In this document: in pieces, positions 21,016 through 35,263 of the stretch
Numbering within the stretch: the stretch's first letter is position 1
How the letters are laid out: each line of letters begins with the position of its first letter
Source: Squalus acanthias
Taxonomy: Eukaryota
Length of the DNA: 64,000 nucleotides
Assembly (NCBI GenBank): GCA_030390025.1
Contig: CM059431.1
Span: forward strand, 135,286,001 to 135,350,000
Direction: 5' to 3'
Notes under the pieces: model-generated
The model's database searches: none
What the model was told of the DNA's origin: nothing
Seen by the model: the letters and a program-made list of their open reading frames with translations, nothing else
Position numbers and translations under genes: made by a program

Positions 21016-24000
21016 CATAGAATCATAGAATCATAGAAATTTACAGCGCAGAAGGAAGCCATTCAGCCTATCATGTCTGCGCTGGTGGAAAGAGCTGTCC
21101 AGCCTAATCCCACTTTCCAGCTCTTGGTCCGCAGCCTTGCAGTTTACAGCACTTCAAGTGTATATCCAAGTACTTTTTAAATGTGATGAGTGTTTCTGCC
21201 TCTACCACCCTTTCAGGCAGTGAGTTCCAGATCCCCACCACCCTCTGGGTGAAAAAAGTTCTCCTCAACTCCCCTCTAAACCTCTGACCAATTACTTTAA
21301 ATCTATGCCTTCTGGTTATTGACCTCTCTGCTAGGGGAAATAGGTCCTTCCGATCCACTCTATCTAGGCCCCTCATAATTTTATACACCTCAGTGAAGTC
21401 TCCCCTCAGCATTCTCTGTTCCAAAGAAAACAACCCCAGCCTATCCAATCTTTCTTCATAGCTAAAATTCTCCAGTCCTGGCAACATGCTCGTAAATCTC
21501 CTCTGTACCCTCTCTAGTGCAATCATATCTTTCCTCTAATGCAGTGACCAGAACTGTATGCAGTATTCTAGCTGTGGCCTAACTAGTGTTTTATACAGTT
21601 CAAGCATAACCTCTCTGCTCTTATATTCTATGCCTCGGCTAATAAAGGAAAGTATCCCGTATGCCTTCTTAACCACCTTATCTACCTGTCCTGCTACTTT
21701 TAGGGATCTGTGGACATATACTCCAAGGTCCCTCTGTTCCTCTACATTTCTCAATATCCTACCATTTATTGTGTATTCCCTTGCCTTGGTAGTCCTTCCC
21801 AAATGCTTCACTGAATTGAATTCCATTTGCCACTTTCTGCCCACCTGACAAGCCCATTGATATCTTCCTGCAGTTTAAAGCTTTCTTCCTCACTATCAAC
21901 CACATGGAAAATTTTTGTATCATCTGCAAATTTCTTAATCATGCCCCCTACATTGAAGTCTAAATCATTGATGTATACCACAAAAAGCAAGGGACCTAGT
22001 ACTGAGCCCTGCGGAACCCCACTGGAAACAGCCTTCCAGTCACAAAAACACCCGTCAACCAATACCCTTTGCTTCCTGCCGCTGAGCCAATTTCGGATCC
22101 AACTTGCCACTTTCCGTTGGACCCCAGGAGCTATTACTTTTCTGACCAGTCTGCCATGTGGGACCTTGTCAAAAGCCTTGCTCAAATCCATGTAAACTAC
22201 ATCAAATGCACTACCCTCATTGACCCTCCTCGTTACCTCCTCAGAAAATTCATTTAAGTTAGTCAGACATGACCTTCCCTTAACAAATCCATGGTGACTG
22301 TCCTTGATTAATCCGTGACTGTCTAAATGACGATTTATACAGTCCCTCAGAATTTTTTCCAATAATTTGCCCACCACTGAGGTTAAGCTGACTGGCCTGT
22401 AATTACTTGGTCTATCCCTTTCTCCCTTTTTAAACAATGGCACAATGTTAGCAATCCTCCAGTCCTCTGGCACCACACCTGTAGCCAGAGAGGATTGGAA
22501 AATGATGGTCAGGGCCTCTGCTATTTTCTCCCTTGCCTCTCTTAACAGCCTGGGATACATTTCATCCGGGCCTAGCAATTTATCTACTTTCAAAGATGCT
22601 AAAACTCTTAATACTTCCTCGCTCTCTGTGTTTATCCCATCTCATATTCCACACGCCTCCTCCTTAACTACAATGTCTGCATCGTCCCTCTCCTGTGAAG
22701 ACAGACGCAAAGTATTCATTAAGAACTGTACTCACGTCTTCCATCTCCACACACAGGTTATCTTTTTGGTGTCTAATAGGCCCTACTCTTACTTTAGTCA
22801 TTCTCTTGCTTTTTAGGTATTTATAAAACATCTTTGGGTTTTCCTTGACTTTACTTGCCAATATTTTTTCATGCCCTCTCTTTGCTTTCCTAATTTCCTT
22901 TTTAATTTCACCCTTGCACTTTCTATACTCCTCTGGGCTTTCTGTAGTATTGAGTTCTCGGATTGTGACAAAAGCTTCCGTTTTTTTCCTTATCCTACCC
23001 TGTATAGTCCTTGACACCCAGGGGACTCTAGATTTATAAGTCCCACCCTTTCCCTTTGTGGGAACATACTTACTCTGAACCCTCACTATCTCCTCCTTGA
23101 ATGCCTCCCACTGCTCTGGCGCTGATTTACCTTCAAGTCGCTATTTCCAGTCCACTTTTGCTAAATCACATCTCAGCTTAGTAAAATTGGCCTTTCCCCC
23201 AATCGAAAACTTTTACTCCCGGTCTATCTTTGTCCTTTTCCATAACTACACTAAATCCAACTGAATTATGATCACTACCACCAAACTGCTCTCCCACTGA
23301 TACCCCTTCCACCTGCCCAGCTTCATTCCCTAAAACTAAGTCCAGAACCGGCCCCCTCTCTTGTTGGGCTTGTTACGTACTGGCTAAAAAAGTTCTCTTG
23401 AATGCATTTTGAAAATTCTGCACCCTCTATTTCTTTTACACTAATTTTATCCCAGTTAATATTGGGGTAGTTGAAATCCCCTACTATTACTGCCCTATTG
23501 TTTTTGCACTTCTCAGAAATTTGCCTACATATTTGATCTTCTATCTCCCTCTGACTATTTGGGGGTCTATAGTACATTCCCAGCAGTGCGATTGCCCCTT
23601 TTTTGTTCTTCAGTTCAACCCATATTGCCTCATTTGATGATCCTTCTAACATATCATCCCTCCTCACAGCTGTAATTGTTTCCTTAACTAATATTGCGAT
23701 CCCCCCTTCCCTTTTTATACCCCTCTGTATCTCGTCTAAAAATCCTGTAACCAGGAATGTTGAGCTGCCATTCCTGCCCTTCTTTAAGCCATGTTTCAGT
23801 ATTAGCTATGATATCATACTTCCACGTGCCTATCTGTGCCTTCAGCTCATTTGCCTTATTCACTAGTCTCCTTGCGTTGAAGTATATACCACTGCCAAAC
23901 CCCTTTGTTGTCTATTTTCTAGCCTTTGCTTCCTCTGCCTTCCAAACTCCCTTACTAATTTACTGCCTTCCATTTCCAGTTTTCCTTCTCTCCCTACTAA

Positions 24001-25860
24001 ATCTACGCTCAGATTTCCATCCCCCTGCCAAGCAAGTTTAAACCGCCCCCAACAGCACTGGCAAACCTCCCTGTGACGATATGGGTCCCGACCCTGTTGA
24101 GATGTAACCCATCCGGCTTGTACAGGTCCCACCTCTCCCAGAACCGGCCCCAATGCCTCTGGAACCTAAAGCCCTCCCTCCTGTACCATCTCTCCAGCCA
24201 CGCATTCATCTGTTCTATCCTCCTGTTTCTGTACTCACTTGCACGTGGCACCGGGAGTAATCCGGAGATTACTACCTTTGAGGTCCTGTTTTTAATTTCT
24301 TTCCTAGCTCCCTAAAATCTACCTGCAGGACCTCATCCCTCTTTCGACCTATGTCATTGGTACTGATATGGACCATGACCTCTGGCTGTTCACCCTCCTC
24401 CCTCAGAATGTCCTGCAACTGCTCAGTGACATCCTCGACCCTGGCACCAGAGAGGTAACATACCATCCTGGAGTCACGTCTGTGGCCGCAGAAACGCCTG
24501 TTTGTTCCCCTAACTATTGAATCCCCTATCACTATTGCATTATTGACCTTCCTCCTCCCCCCTGTACAGTTGAGCCACCTGTGGTGTTGTGGTCTTGGCT
24601 CTTGCTGCACTCCCTTTAAGAACCATCGCTCTCACCAGTATTCAATACCGTTTAGAGAGGGAGATACACTCAGGGGACTCCTGCACTCCCTGCCTGGTCC
24701 TCCTTGTCTGTCTGACGGTCACCCATTCCCTCTCTGCCTGCACACTCTTAAGCTGCGGGGTGACCACCTCCTGAAACGTGCTATCCACATAGCTCTCAGC
24801 CTCATGGGTGCACTGCTGTGACTCCAGCCGCTGCTCAAGCTCTGAAACCTGGAGCTCGAGCTCCTCCAGCTGATGACACTTCCTGCATATGTGGTTGTCC
24901 AGGACATGAGAAGCATCCTGGACTTTCCACATGGCACAGGATGTGCATTCGATGGGACTGAGGAGCCCTGCCATGCCTTTATATATTGGACTACTAAATA
25001 AACTTCTTAGTTTAACCCACTGACCTAACGTAGAGAGAAAAAGGCAAAGGGGGAAAACTTGAGTCGCGCCCCCTTTTGGGCGCTAACTTCGCCGGGGCGC
25101 TACTTTTAACGCCCCAAAAAATTAGCAAGAGGGAAGCGGGGCACTACTGGAAGTGCCCCGCCTCCCTCTTGGGGCGCTGTGAGGGAATATCGCGCCGCTA
25201 CGTGCCGCGGTATTGCAGGCCTTCCTCCCCTTTTTAAAGGGGAGGGGCCTTCCGCTGCATGACCCGGGGCCCAGCTGGGCCACTGGAATCAAAGTGCCGA
25301 CAAAAGAGACCGGCACTCAAGAGAAGTGCCAGGCTCATGGAGCGCAGCTGGCACTCCACGGCGGGGGGGGGGGGTGCTCAGGAGGTCAGGGACGGCAATG
25401 GAGGCAGGTGCTGGCAGGCGGCCAGCAACAAAAATGGCTGCCCGGCACCTCGCCTTTAATTAGCGCCGCCCCGGCCGCAGGTAGGCCCCCCTGACCCTGT
25501 CGGACATAATGTCTGGCGGTAAGTCAGGGGGTGCTACCGAAGATCGCGGCTGGGTTGCTGCTCACGGCGATGATGTCATCGCCGGCGGCGCAGCGCCGCG
25601 GGGCGCTAATGGTTACCGCCACCACTAACCTCCCGCTGAATTTTGCGGGAGGCGTTGGCGGCGCCGCGCCCAGGCGCTTGTTGCTTTGCGCCCCGTTAGC
25701 ACCCTCTTAGGGCGCTGACGGGAGTTGTAAAGCAACCGAATTTCTCCCAACCAATCACCTACCTGCTGTCCTGTGACATCACTCCTTGATTGTTTTGTTT
25801 GTTTCGCTGTATATATACTGCCGGCTCCGCTGCTGCCGCCTCCTGCTCAGGTCTGCGCTC
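21016..25860 (-). mobile_element. Near full-length CR1, decayed, with a MITE in its 5' UTR
   Basis: (gattctat)n tail at 21016-21040; RT pieces 21104-22593; endonuclease 23323-23880; esterase 24009-24610; zinc finger 24642-24974. Confidence 0.93.
25049..25748. mobile_element. GC-rich Harbinger-type MITE, family B
   Basis: Ends gggggaaaactt / aatttctccc; internally similar to 38041-38656. Confidence 0.75.
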
Positions 25861-26031
25861 TGTTGATGTAGACTGAAGTCGAGCTATTAGACAGATTTCA
25901 TTTAGATTAATATCAATTGTTTCAAATCTGTGGGAGCAATGTTTTTCTTTCACTAATCTGGCAGTTTATTATTATCAACATAACACTTTCATTTGAGATA
26001 TGGTTATATATGAATTTAAACAAAACACTAT

Positions 26032-26598
26032 GGGGGAGAAATTGGCTACCTTTGCGCCTCCCATTATCACCTCCGGGGGGCAATAACGGGGCGCTAACCA
26101 CATACCGCCCGGATGCGGCGAGAATATCGCCTCCCGCTAAATTCAGCAGGAGGTTTGCGGTGGCGGTATGGCGTTGCGCACCGATCTTCTTCGCCTGGAG
26201 ATCATGACGTCATTGCCGTGCGCATCGCCCGGATCTGAACTTCAGTTTTGCCCCGTGCAGCATCTCCGGGCGAAAACACCGGCAGCTGCAGGAGGCGTTC
26301 ATCGGAAGGCCCAGCGCTTCAGGGGCCATACTTAAAGGTGAGGTGGCCGAGGTAAGTGCCTAAATTTTTCAAATCGTTTTGGTCATTTTTTCTTTCTTCT
26401 CCTGGGCCGTGATTGATCAGCCCAGCTCTTTGCTGGAGTGCATGGGGCTGATCGAGCTGAATCGTGGCCACCATCGGGGACTAACTAACTGGTCCCAATG
26501 CAGAGCCTGCAGCGATGGCCCTTCCCTTTAAGGGAGGGAGGGAGCCTCGGAATGCGGCAGCGCTGCACGGCCCATTGTGCATAATGAATTTCTCCCCC
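26032..26598. mobile_element. GC-rich Harbinger-type MITE
   Basis: TIR gggggagaaatt / aatttctccccc; flanks tat and cat. Confidence 0.8.
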
Positions 26599-26614
26599 CA
26601 TAATTTTCTAATCA

Positions 26615-26990
26615 CATATGCACATAGGAGCAGGAGTAGGCCATTCAGACCCTTGAGCCTGTTCCTCCATTTAGTTAGATCATGGCTGATTTATATCTCA
26701 ACTCCATTTACCTGCCTTTGATCCATATCCATTGATATCCTTACCTAATAAAAATCTGTTGATCTCAGTCTTAAACATTTAAATTGACCCAGCATCCACA
26801 GCCTTCTGGGGGAGAGAATCCCATATTTCCACTACCATTTGTGTGTCAAAGTGCTTCCTGATTTCACTCCTGAAGGGCCTATGTCTAATTTTAAGAATGT
26901 GCTCCCTTGTTTTGCATTCCTCCAGCACAGGAAACAGCTTCTCTGTATCTACTCTCCTGAATCCTTTTATCATTTTAAGCACCTCAGTTA
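26615..26990 (-). mobile_element. Old CR1 3' fragment
   Basis: Track ORF 26779-26982 (KLFPV...REHILKIRHRPFRSEIRKHF) plus 3' UTR. Confidence 0.8.
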
Positions 26991-27069
26991 AAGATGTTTA
27001 AATGTAATTTCTTTGTATTAGTTTTATACTATCTCTCATCTCTTTTGTTGACCAAGGCTAATAGTTTAA

Positions 27070-27545
27070 GAAAGTAAAAAAAAAAATTTCCACTGATTTA
27101 TCATTTTAAAATACTTTAAAGAAAGTTAAGTTTATTTTTAGCCCCGTTAAAAACTTTAATTATTTTTTTCAAAAATTAAAATTTTTGTTTAAAATAGTTA
27201 ATTTATGTAATTTATAGTCATTTTAAAAATGTGATGTTTTAAAAAAAATTATTTGAAGTTTTACTTATGTTTTGGGGCTGATCTCTATTCATAGATTTGA
27301 CAGGTCTTCCTGTCAAATCCATGAATGGAGATTCCCTGCTCTGATTGGCTCCCCATGGCCCACGTGATCCCAGGGACGCTGCGAACTACCTGCGCCCCTG
27401 GGATACGCATGCCCTGCACACCGGCAGTTTGAAGAGGCACAGCAACGGAATTCTGCGCCTCCCGGGAGCCCTCCGGTCCAGGTGCAGATCTTTCCGGATC
27501 GCAGCCTTCCGCCCGCGGGAGGGCTGCGAACAGAATTTCTGGGCC
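27070..27545 (+). mobile_element. Right half of a family-A-related MITE
   Basis: AT-rich core, attcatagatttgacagg dyad, attgg and cacgtgatccc motifs, end aatttctgggcc followed by att. Confidence 0.75.
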
Positions 27546-27585
27546 ATTGTTCCAGAAAACTGTCTTGAATGCACTCAAAGGATAC

Positions 27586-30500
27586 GGTAGCATCGTGGTT
27601 ATGTTACTGGACTAGCAATCCAGAGGCCTAGACTAAAAACCCCACCGGGGCAGCTGGGGAATTTAAATTCAGTTAATTAAATCAATCTGAAATGAAAAGC
27701 TAGCATCAGTAATGTGACCAAGAAACTATCGGATTGTTGTAAAAACCCATCTGGTTCACTAATGCCCTTTAGGGAAGAAATTCTGCCGTCCTTCCCTATA
27801 TGTGACTCCAGACCCACAGCAATGTGGTTGACTGTTAACTGCCCTCCGAAATGGCCTAGGAAACCACTCAGTTGTAACAATCCGCTACAGAAAACAATAA
27901 TAATAATAAAACTGGACGGACCACCGGCTACGGCCACGACAACGGCACACCAGCATGTCGACCTTGCAAAGTCCTCCTCACCACCTGGGGACTTGTGCCA
28001 AAAGTGGGAGAGCTGTCCTACAGACTAGTCAAGCAATTAGTCAAGCCTGACATAGTCATACTCACAGAATCATGCCTTTCAGCCAATGTCCCAAACTCCT
28101 CCATCACCATCCCTGGGTTTGTCCTGTCCCACCAGCAGGACAGACCCACCAGAGGTGGCGGCACAGTGGTATACAGTCGGGAAGGAGTGGCCCTGGGAGT
28201 CCTCACTGCTACCAATGCTATTGGCTCCGGACCCCATGAAGTCTCATGGCTTCAGGTCAAGTCAAGCATGGGCAAGGAAACCTCCTGCCGATTACCACCT
28301 ACTGCCCGCCCTCAGCTGATAAATCAGTACTTCTCCATGTTGAACACCACTTGGAAGAAGCACTGAGAGTAGCAAGGGCACAGAATGTACTCTGGGTGGG
28401 GGACTTTAATGTTCATCACCAAGACTGGCTCGGTAGCACCACTACTGTCCGAGCTGGCTGAGTCCTGAAGGACATAACTGGCAGTCTGGGCCTGTGACAG
28501 GGGGTGAGAGAACCAACACGAGGGAAAAACCTACTTGACCTCGTCCTCACCAATCTATCTGTCGCAGATGTATCTGTCTATGATAGCATTGGTAGCAGTG
28601 ACCACCGCACAGTCATTGTGGAGACGAAGTCCCGTCTTCACACTGAGGACACCCTCCATCGTGTTGTGTGACACTACCACCGTGCTAAATGGGATAGATT
28701 CAGAACAGATCTAGCAGCTCAAAACTGGACATCCATGAGGCGCTGTGGACCATCAGCAGCAGCAGAATTATATTCCACCACAATTTGTAACCTCATGGCC
28801 TGGCATTTCCCTCACTCTACCATTATCATCAAGCCAGGGGACCAACCCTGGTACAATAAGGAGTGTAGAAGAGCATGCCAGGAGCAGCACTACGCGTACC
28901 TAAAAAATGTGGTGCCAACCTGGGGAAGTTGCAACACAGGACTACATGCATGCTAAAAAGCGGAAGCAGCATGCTATAGACAGAGCTAAGCGATCCCACA
29001 ATCAACGGATCAGATCAAAGCTCTGCAGTCCTGCCACATCCAGTCGTGAATGGTGGTGGACCATTAAACAGCTAATGGGAGGGGGAGGCTCCATGAATAT
29101 CCCCATCCTCAATGATGGTGGAGCCCAGCATGTGAGTGCAAAAGACAAAGCTGAAGCGTTTGCAACCATCTTCAGCCGAGTGGATGATCCATATCGGCCT
29201 CCTCCAGTCTTCAGCCAATTCGATTCACGCCACGTGATATCAAGAAACAGCTGAGTGCACTGGATACAGCAAAGGCAATGGGCCCCGACAACATCCCGGC
29301 TGTCGTGCTGACGACTTCTGCTCCATAACTAGCCATGCCTCTAGCCAAGCTGTTCCAGTACAGCTACAACTGTGGCATCTATCCGACAATGTGGAAAACT
29401 GCCCAGGTATGTCCTGTCCACAAAAAGCAGGACAAATCCAACCCGGCCAATTACCGCCCCATCAGTCTACTCTCAATCATCAGCTAAGTGATGGAAGGTG
29501 ATGATTGATGTCATCGACAGTGCTATCAAGTAGCACTTACTCACCAATAACCTGCTCACTGATGCCCAGTTTGGGTTACGTTAGGACCACTCGGCTCCAG
29601 ACCTCATTACAACCTTGGTCCAATTATGGACAAAAGAGCTGAATTCCAGAGGTGAGGTGAGAGTGACTGCCCTTGACATCAAAGCAGCATTTGACTGAGT
29701 GTGGCATCAAGGAGCCCTAGTAAAACTTTAGTTAATGGGAATCGGGGGGGAAAACGCTCCACTGGCTGGAGTCACACCTAGCAAAAAGGAAGATGGTTGT
29801 GGTGTTTGGAGGTCAATCATGACATCGCTGCAGGAGTTCCTCGGGGCAGTGTCCTAGGCCCAACCATCTTTAGCTGCTTCATCAATGACCATCCTCCATC
29901 ATAAGGTCAGAAATGGGGATGTTCGCTGATGACTGCACAGTGTTCAGTGCCATTCACAACCCCTCAGATAATGAAGCAGTCCATGCCCGCATGCAGCAAG
30001 ACGTGGACGAACATTCAGGCTTGGGCTGATAAGTGGCAGGTAACATTCGCGCCTCACAGGTGCCAAGCAATGACTATCTCCAACAAGCGAGAGTCTAACC
30101 ACCGTCCCTTGACGTTCAACAGCATTACCATCGCCGAATCCCCACCATCAACATCCTGGGGGTCACCATTGACCAGAAACTTAACTGGACCAGCCACATA
30201 AATACTGTGGCAACAAGAGTAGGTCAAAGGCTGGGTATTCTGCGGTGAGTGTCTCACCTCCTGACTCCCCAAAGCCGTTCCACCATCTACAACGTACCAG
30301 TAAGGAGTGTGATGGAATACTCTCCACTTGCCTGGATGAGTGCAGCTCCAACAACACTCAAGAAGCTTGACACCAGCCAGGACAAAGCAGCCCGCTTGAT
30401 TGGCACTCCATCCACCACCTTAAACATTCACTCCCTCCACCACCGGTGTACCGTGGCTGCAGTGTGTACCATCTACAAGATGCACTGCAGCAACTCGCCA

Positions 30501-30819
30501 AGGCTTCTTCGACAGCAATTCCTAAACCCGCAACCTCTTCCACCTAGAAGGACAAGGGCAGCAGACGAATGGGAACACCATCACCTCCAAGTTCCCCTCC
30601 AAGTCACACACCATCTTGACTTAGAAGTATATCGCTGATCCTTCATCGTCACTGGATCAAAATCCTGGAACTCCCTCCCTAACAGCTCTGTGGGAGTCAC
30701 ACGGACCGCAGCTGTTTAAGAAGGCGGCTCACCACCACCTTCTCAAGGGCAATTAGGGATGGGCAATAAATGCTGGCCTTGCCAGTGACGCCCACATCCC
30801 ATGAATGAATTAAAAAAAA
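27586..30819 (+). mobile_element. Single-ORF APE-RT LINE (CR1/L2-related group) with tRNA/SINE-like 5' head, decayed
   Basis: tRNA-like start ggtagcatcgtggttatgttactggactagcaatcc. Endonuclease (DIVILTES, GDFNVHH, SDH); RT (NYRPISLL, ALDIKAAFD, FADD); 3' tail ending atgaatgaattaaaaaaaa. Confidence 0.85.
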
Positions 30820-30879
30820 GAAATTTACTGCCTTTGGGACTCAAGCTGTTCTGCTTCTCGCTGTCGATGTGAAAATTAA

Positions 30880-33145
30880 AGTCTCCCATTATAACCAAGC
30901 TGCTTTTTCAACAAGCTTCTCTGATTTCCGTGCTTATGCATCATTACTGCTATCAGGAGGTCTGCAGACACCTCCCACCAAAGTCTTGCATCTTTTTCTA
31001 TTCATCAATTCTACCCAGAGAGCCTGCTCACCCTTCCTGATGCTGTAATAGTGAGCTTTATCAATATTGCTACTCCTCCTTATTTTCCAATTTCCCTATC
31101 CTTTCAAAAGACCTTATAAGCTGGAATATGTATCTCCCAGTCATGCCCAGCTTGCAGTCAAGTCTCAGTGATGGCCACTACGTTATACCCTTTAAGCTGA
31201 ATTTTGCACTTCTAATTCACTTGTTTTATTCCTATGCTACGAGCATTTGTGTATAGAACTCTTATTTGGGCTATAGACACTATCCTGCCCTTTTGCCCTG
31301 ATGCTGTTTTCCACACACTTTTTAACTCATTTTACATCAGTTATTTTTTATTATTTCCTATATTTTTTTCTGAACCGTAAGTATTTATATTGGCCCAGAA
31401 ATTGATCTCGCTCTGTTCCCGCGGGGGTAAGGAGCAGGCGCGATCTCTCACTCCGCGTTGGCTTTTTCAGATCCAGCTCGCACGAACTTGATGTTCCAGA
31501 CATCAGCTGGGCAGTGCTTGCGTATCCCACCGGCGTAGTGAATTCGTGCGAGCTGTGGGATCACGTGACTCAGTTAGAGCCAATGGCAGCACACCATCTT
31601 CCATTCATAAGTTTCACATAAGTGCTGTGAAAGCTATGAATCTTACACCCCCCCAAAATAACAGCTAAACCTCAATTAAATTTTTTTTAAAAACCATCAC
31701 ATTAATAAAATAAGTATAGTTAAATAAATTAACCATTTTAAATAAAAAATTAAATTTTTGTTAAAAAGTTATAAAAATAAACTTACCTGTCTTTAAAGTC
31801 TCTAAAAAAGATATACCTGTTAAAAAAAATTCAAAAAAATACTTAATTCACTACTTACCTTGTTAAAAGTGGGTCTTACTCCTCCTTTTTCCATTTCTAA
31901 AATCTTCCGTCCTTACCTGCGCGTCCAAAGCACTAAGTGCACAGCGTGCGCGCAGCCTGTAGCGCGCACGCGATGCACCGAGGAACCGCCCCCTTTTCCA
32001 AAGACCAAGTGCCGGTTTTCAGCGCATGCGCAGGGCATGCAGAAAACCGGCAATTGGAGAGAGAATACGCGAGAGTACGCAGTGTGTACTCTCGCGCAGC
32101 GGGATCAATTTTTGGCCCATTATCTTTAACACTATTTATGACCTGGACTTCACTCTCATCCCTTTTTTCTTATCTTTAGGCTATTTTTACTTTTATTATT
32201 ATTTCTGCCTGAGCCTCGCCTGCCCCTTTATTGGTTTAAAGTCCTTTCTAGAGTCCTATTTATCCTTTCAGCGAGGACCTTGGTCCCAGACCAAGTGCAG
32301 CCTGTCCCAGCAGTACAATTCCCTCCTGCCCCAGTAGTGGTGCCATTGTCTTGTGAAATGGAACCCTTTTTTTTCACACCAATCTTTCAGCCATGCATTC
32401 ACTTTCCTGATCTGTTTGTCCCTCTGCCAATTAGTACGTGGTTCGGGTAATATTTGTGAGATTTCTACCCCCGAGGTCCTAGCTCCTGATACTCTCTTAG
32501 CAGGATTTCCTTCCTGTTCTTTCCTATGTCGTTGATCCCGACATGGACTACGACAACAGGTTTTTCACCCTCCCTTTCCAGGCACTTTGAGATAGCCCTT
32601 ACCAGATAGCACCAGGTAGGCATCACATCTTTTGGGACTCTTGATCAAGGCTGCAGAAAATGCTATCCATTCCACTAATTATTAAATCCCCTATAGCTAC
32701 AAACTTTCTATTCTGATCCCCACCCCCTTGAACTGCCTGTAGCTCCATGATGCCTTGGTCAGCATTCTGGCTGTCCTTCCCACAGCTCTCCTTATCCTCA
32801 CAAGTAGCCAGTACATCGTACTTGTTGGACAGGACCAGATTCTGCGATTCCTCCTTCCCTGTCTCAACTAGATTCCTTTTACCCTGCTGACTGTCAGTCA
32901 CACACTCCTCGACCTGTACCTGCCTCTCTCTACTTGGTATAACTGTGTTCTGGAGTAAACTATCCAGATATTCCTCCTGCTCCCTTATGTGTCGTAGTGT
33001 CTCTAACTCACAGTCCAGCTCAATGACTCTGAGCTGGAGTGACTCAAGGCAGAGACATTTGTAATCGATGTGGTCATCCAGGACAGACTCGCTGTCGACA
33101 AATTCCCAAATTCTGCCGTCCTGACACACTCCCTGTGCTGTCATT
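30880..33145 (-). mobile_element. Old CR1 5' portion (ORF1 and start of endonuclease), interrupted by a MITE
   Basis: Track ORF 32623-33144 (zinc-finger-like, leucine heptads, AIGD); esterase and endonuclease remnants. Confidence 0.75.
31392..32118 (-). mobile_element. Harbinger-type MITE, family A
   Basis: TIR ggcccagaaattgatc / gatcaatttttggccc; TSD att. Confidence 0.92.
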
Positions 33146-34319
33146 TTCTATTTTAAATTTCTTTACCTATTTACTGTTTATATAGCAGTTATTTATTTAT
33201 CTCTAGTGCTAACTGAATCCCCTAAAATGTCAATGGAAATAAAAATCGGGAGAGATGTAAAGCTGGCTACTGACTTGCTATCACCCGTGTAACACTGTCA
33301 CACAAAGTCAAAACCTACCTCACAGTATTCTAAGTTTAGCCTTGTTTTTGAAAATTTTATTGAAAGAAAATGCATTTAGTTGTGTTCCATAAATTGATAC
33401 TATATACATGAATATGTCAGTCATGAATTTTCCTGGCAGCTGGTTGCATCTGGTAATTATTCTCTTTTTCAAATTTCAAGCTAACTTTAACTGGGCATCT
33501 TAGCCAAGTATTAGGGCAGGGGGTGGCAGACTTCATTAACTTTAAATAGGTTGTACATTCAGAATAGGTGTCTATTGTACTCATCTGGAGTTATAAATCA
33601 TGCTCAGATCAGGCATTCATTTATACCAGCAGACTAAAAAGTCTCTGACAGAAGAAAACAAGTATGGCAAATGCAGGGTAACTCACCTTTAGATGAAAAA
33701 GAGTATAAAAGGAAGGCGTGGACAAGGGCAGAACATATGGGAGAAGCCCTTACCCTAGGGGTAAAGAATATATAGCTTCCCTAGGTCGACCAAAAAGTAA
33801 TGTGTACAGCACTTCAAGTTCTCCAGGGAAGCTTTGTCGGGGTTCATTGTGTGATGTGAAAACTCATTTAAACAGATCATCAGTAACTCAAACTGCTTTT
33901 ACTGTGATTATGAAAATGACAGAAGATATATATTATTTGTCTGCTGGGTCTCGCCAATCATCAGGAGATGATTTTTGTGAATGCCCACTTGTACTCAAGA
34001 GGTGACTACCCTCTTCCAGAAGCAAAGAGCCTACAACAGTTTTATGTTTCTGCTGGCTTCCTTAGAGTGTTGGGTGTTGCAGACTGTACCTATATAAAGA
34101 TACAAGCGCTCAGTTAACCGAGTGCCGCACATTAATTGTAATAACTTCCATTCCCTCTATTTGCCAGCATTCTCCAGGCAAATTTGCAATACCCATGATT
34201 AGTTCATCTATAGGCAGCTGTGTGTGCCTTGTTTGTTTGATTGGGATAACTGACTAGATGGCTGGGTTTTTTTTGGCCGTCATGGCAATAGCTGGAAACC
34301 ATGGTTCATGAAGACGACT

Positions 34320-34445
34320 AATTTGCAGGGTTATGGGGAGAAAGCTGGGGTGTGGGACTAAATTGGACAGCTCTTTCATAGAGTCTGCACGGGGGCGATG
34401 GGCCAAATGGCCTCCTTCTGTGCTATAAGATTCCATGATTCTATT
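34320..34445 (+). mobile_element. CR1 3'-end fragment
   Basis: tatggggagaaagctgggg...atgggccaaatggcctccttctgtgct followed by a gattc(c/t)at tail. Confidence 0.7.
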
Positions 34446-34689
34446 GCACCCTTTATAGATACCAGCAGAATACAGGCATAGCTGACCACATAAAGCAACG
34501 TAATCCAAAGCAAATGATAAGTTTTCTCAAACAGCAGTTTTGGTGCCTTGATCCTGTTGGAGGGTGAGAAGTGGGGAGCATGGCAAGTTATGTTATCCAA
34601 AATGTGTGCAAATTCTTTGTTGGTTGCTGTTTGCTGCAATACCTAGCAGCTTAGAAGGATAACCACCTCAACATCAGTAAGGAAGTTAG

Positions 34690-35010
34690 AAAGAACTTGC
34701 ATTTATATGGTACCTTTTATGTCCTCATGATGTCTTAAAGCGCTTCACAGTCAAGGAAGTAAGTTTGAAGTGTAGTCACTGTTGTAATGTAGGCAAATGC
34801 AGCAGCTAATTTGTGCACAGCAAGGTTCCACAACCAGCAATGAGATAAACAACTAGATAGACTATTTTTAATGAGATTGGTTGAGGGATAAATGTTGGCC
34901 AGGACTCCAGGGGAACTCTCCTGCTCTTCTTTCAATAGTGCCATAGGATCTTCTACATCCATCTGGGAAGCTGGGGTCTTAGTTTATCTACCCGAAAGGC
35001 AGCATCTACA
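34690..35010 (-). mobile_element. Deu-type SINE fragment
   Basis: Reverse complement resembles 63546-63830. Confidence 0.75.
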
Positions 35011-35263
35011 ACAATGAATTTTTTGAGCAGGTCACTAACGTGGTAGATAAGGGAGTGTGTATGGATGTTATTTATATGGGCTTCCAGAAGGCATTCAATA
35101 AGTTTCCACACAAGAGACTGTTAGGAAAAAAGAAATGCATGGAATTGGAGGCAACCTTTTGACATGGGTAGGGAATTTGTTCGGAGGTAGGAGACAGAGA
35201 GTAGGGATAATTGGTTTGCACTCCAATTGGCAGGATGTGGCTAGTGGTGTTCCCCAGGGATCT

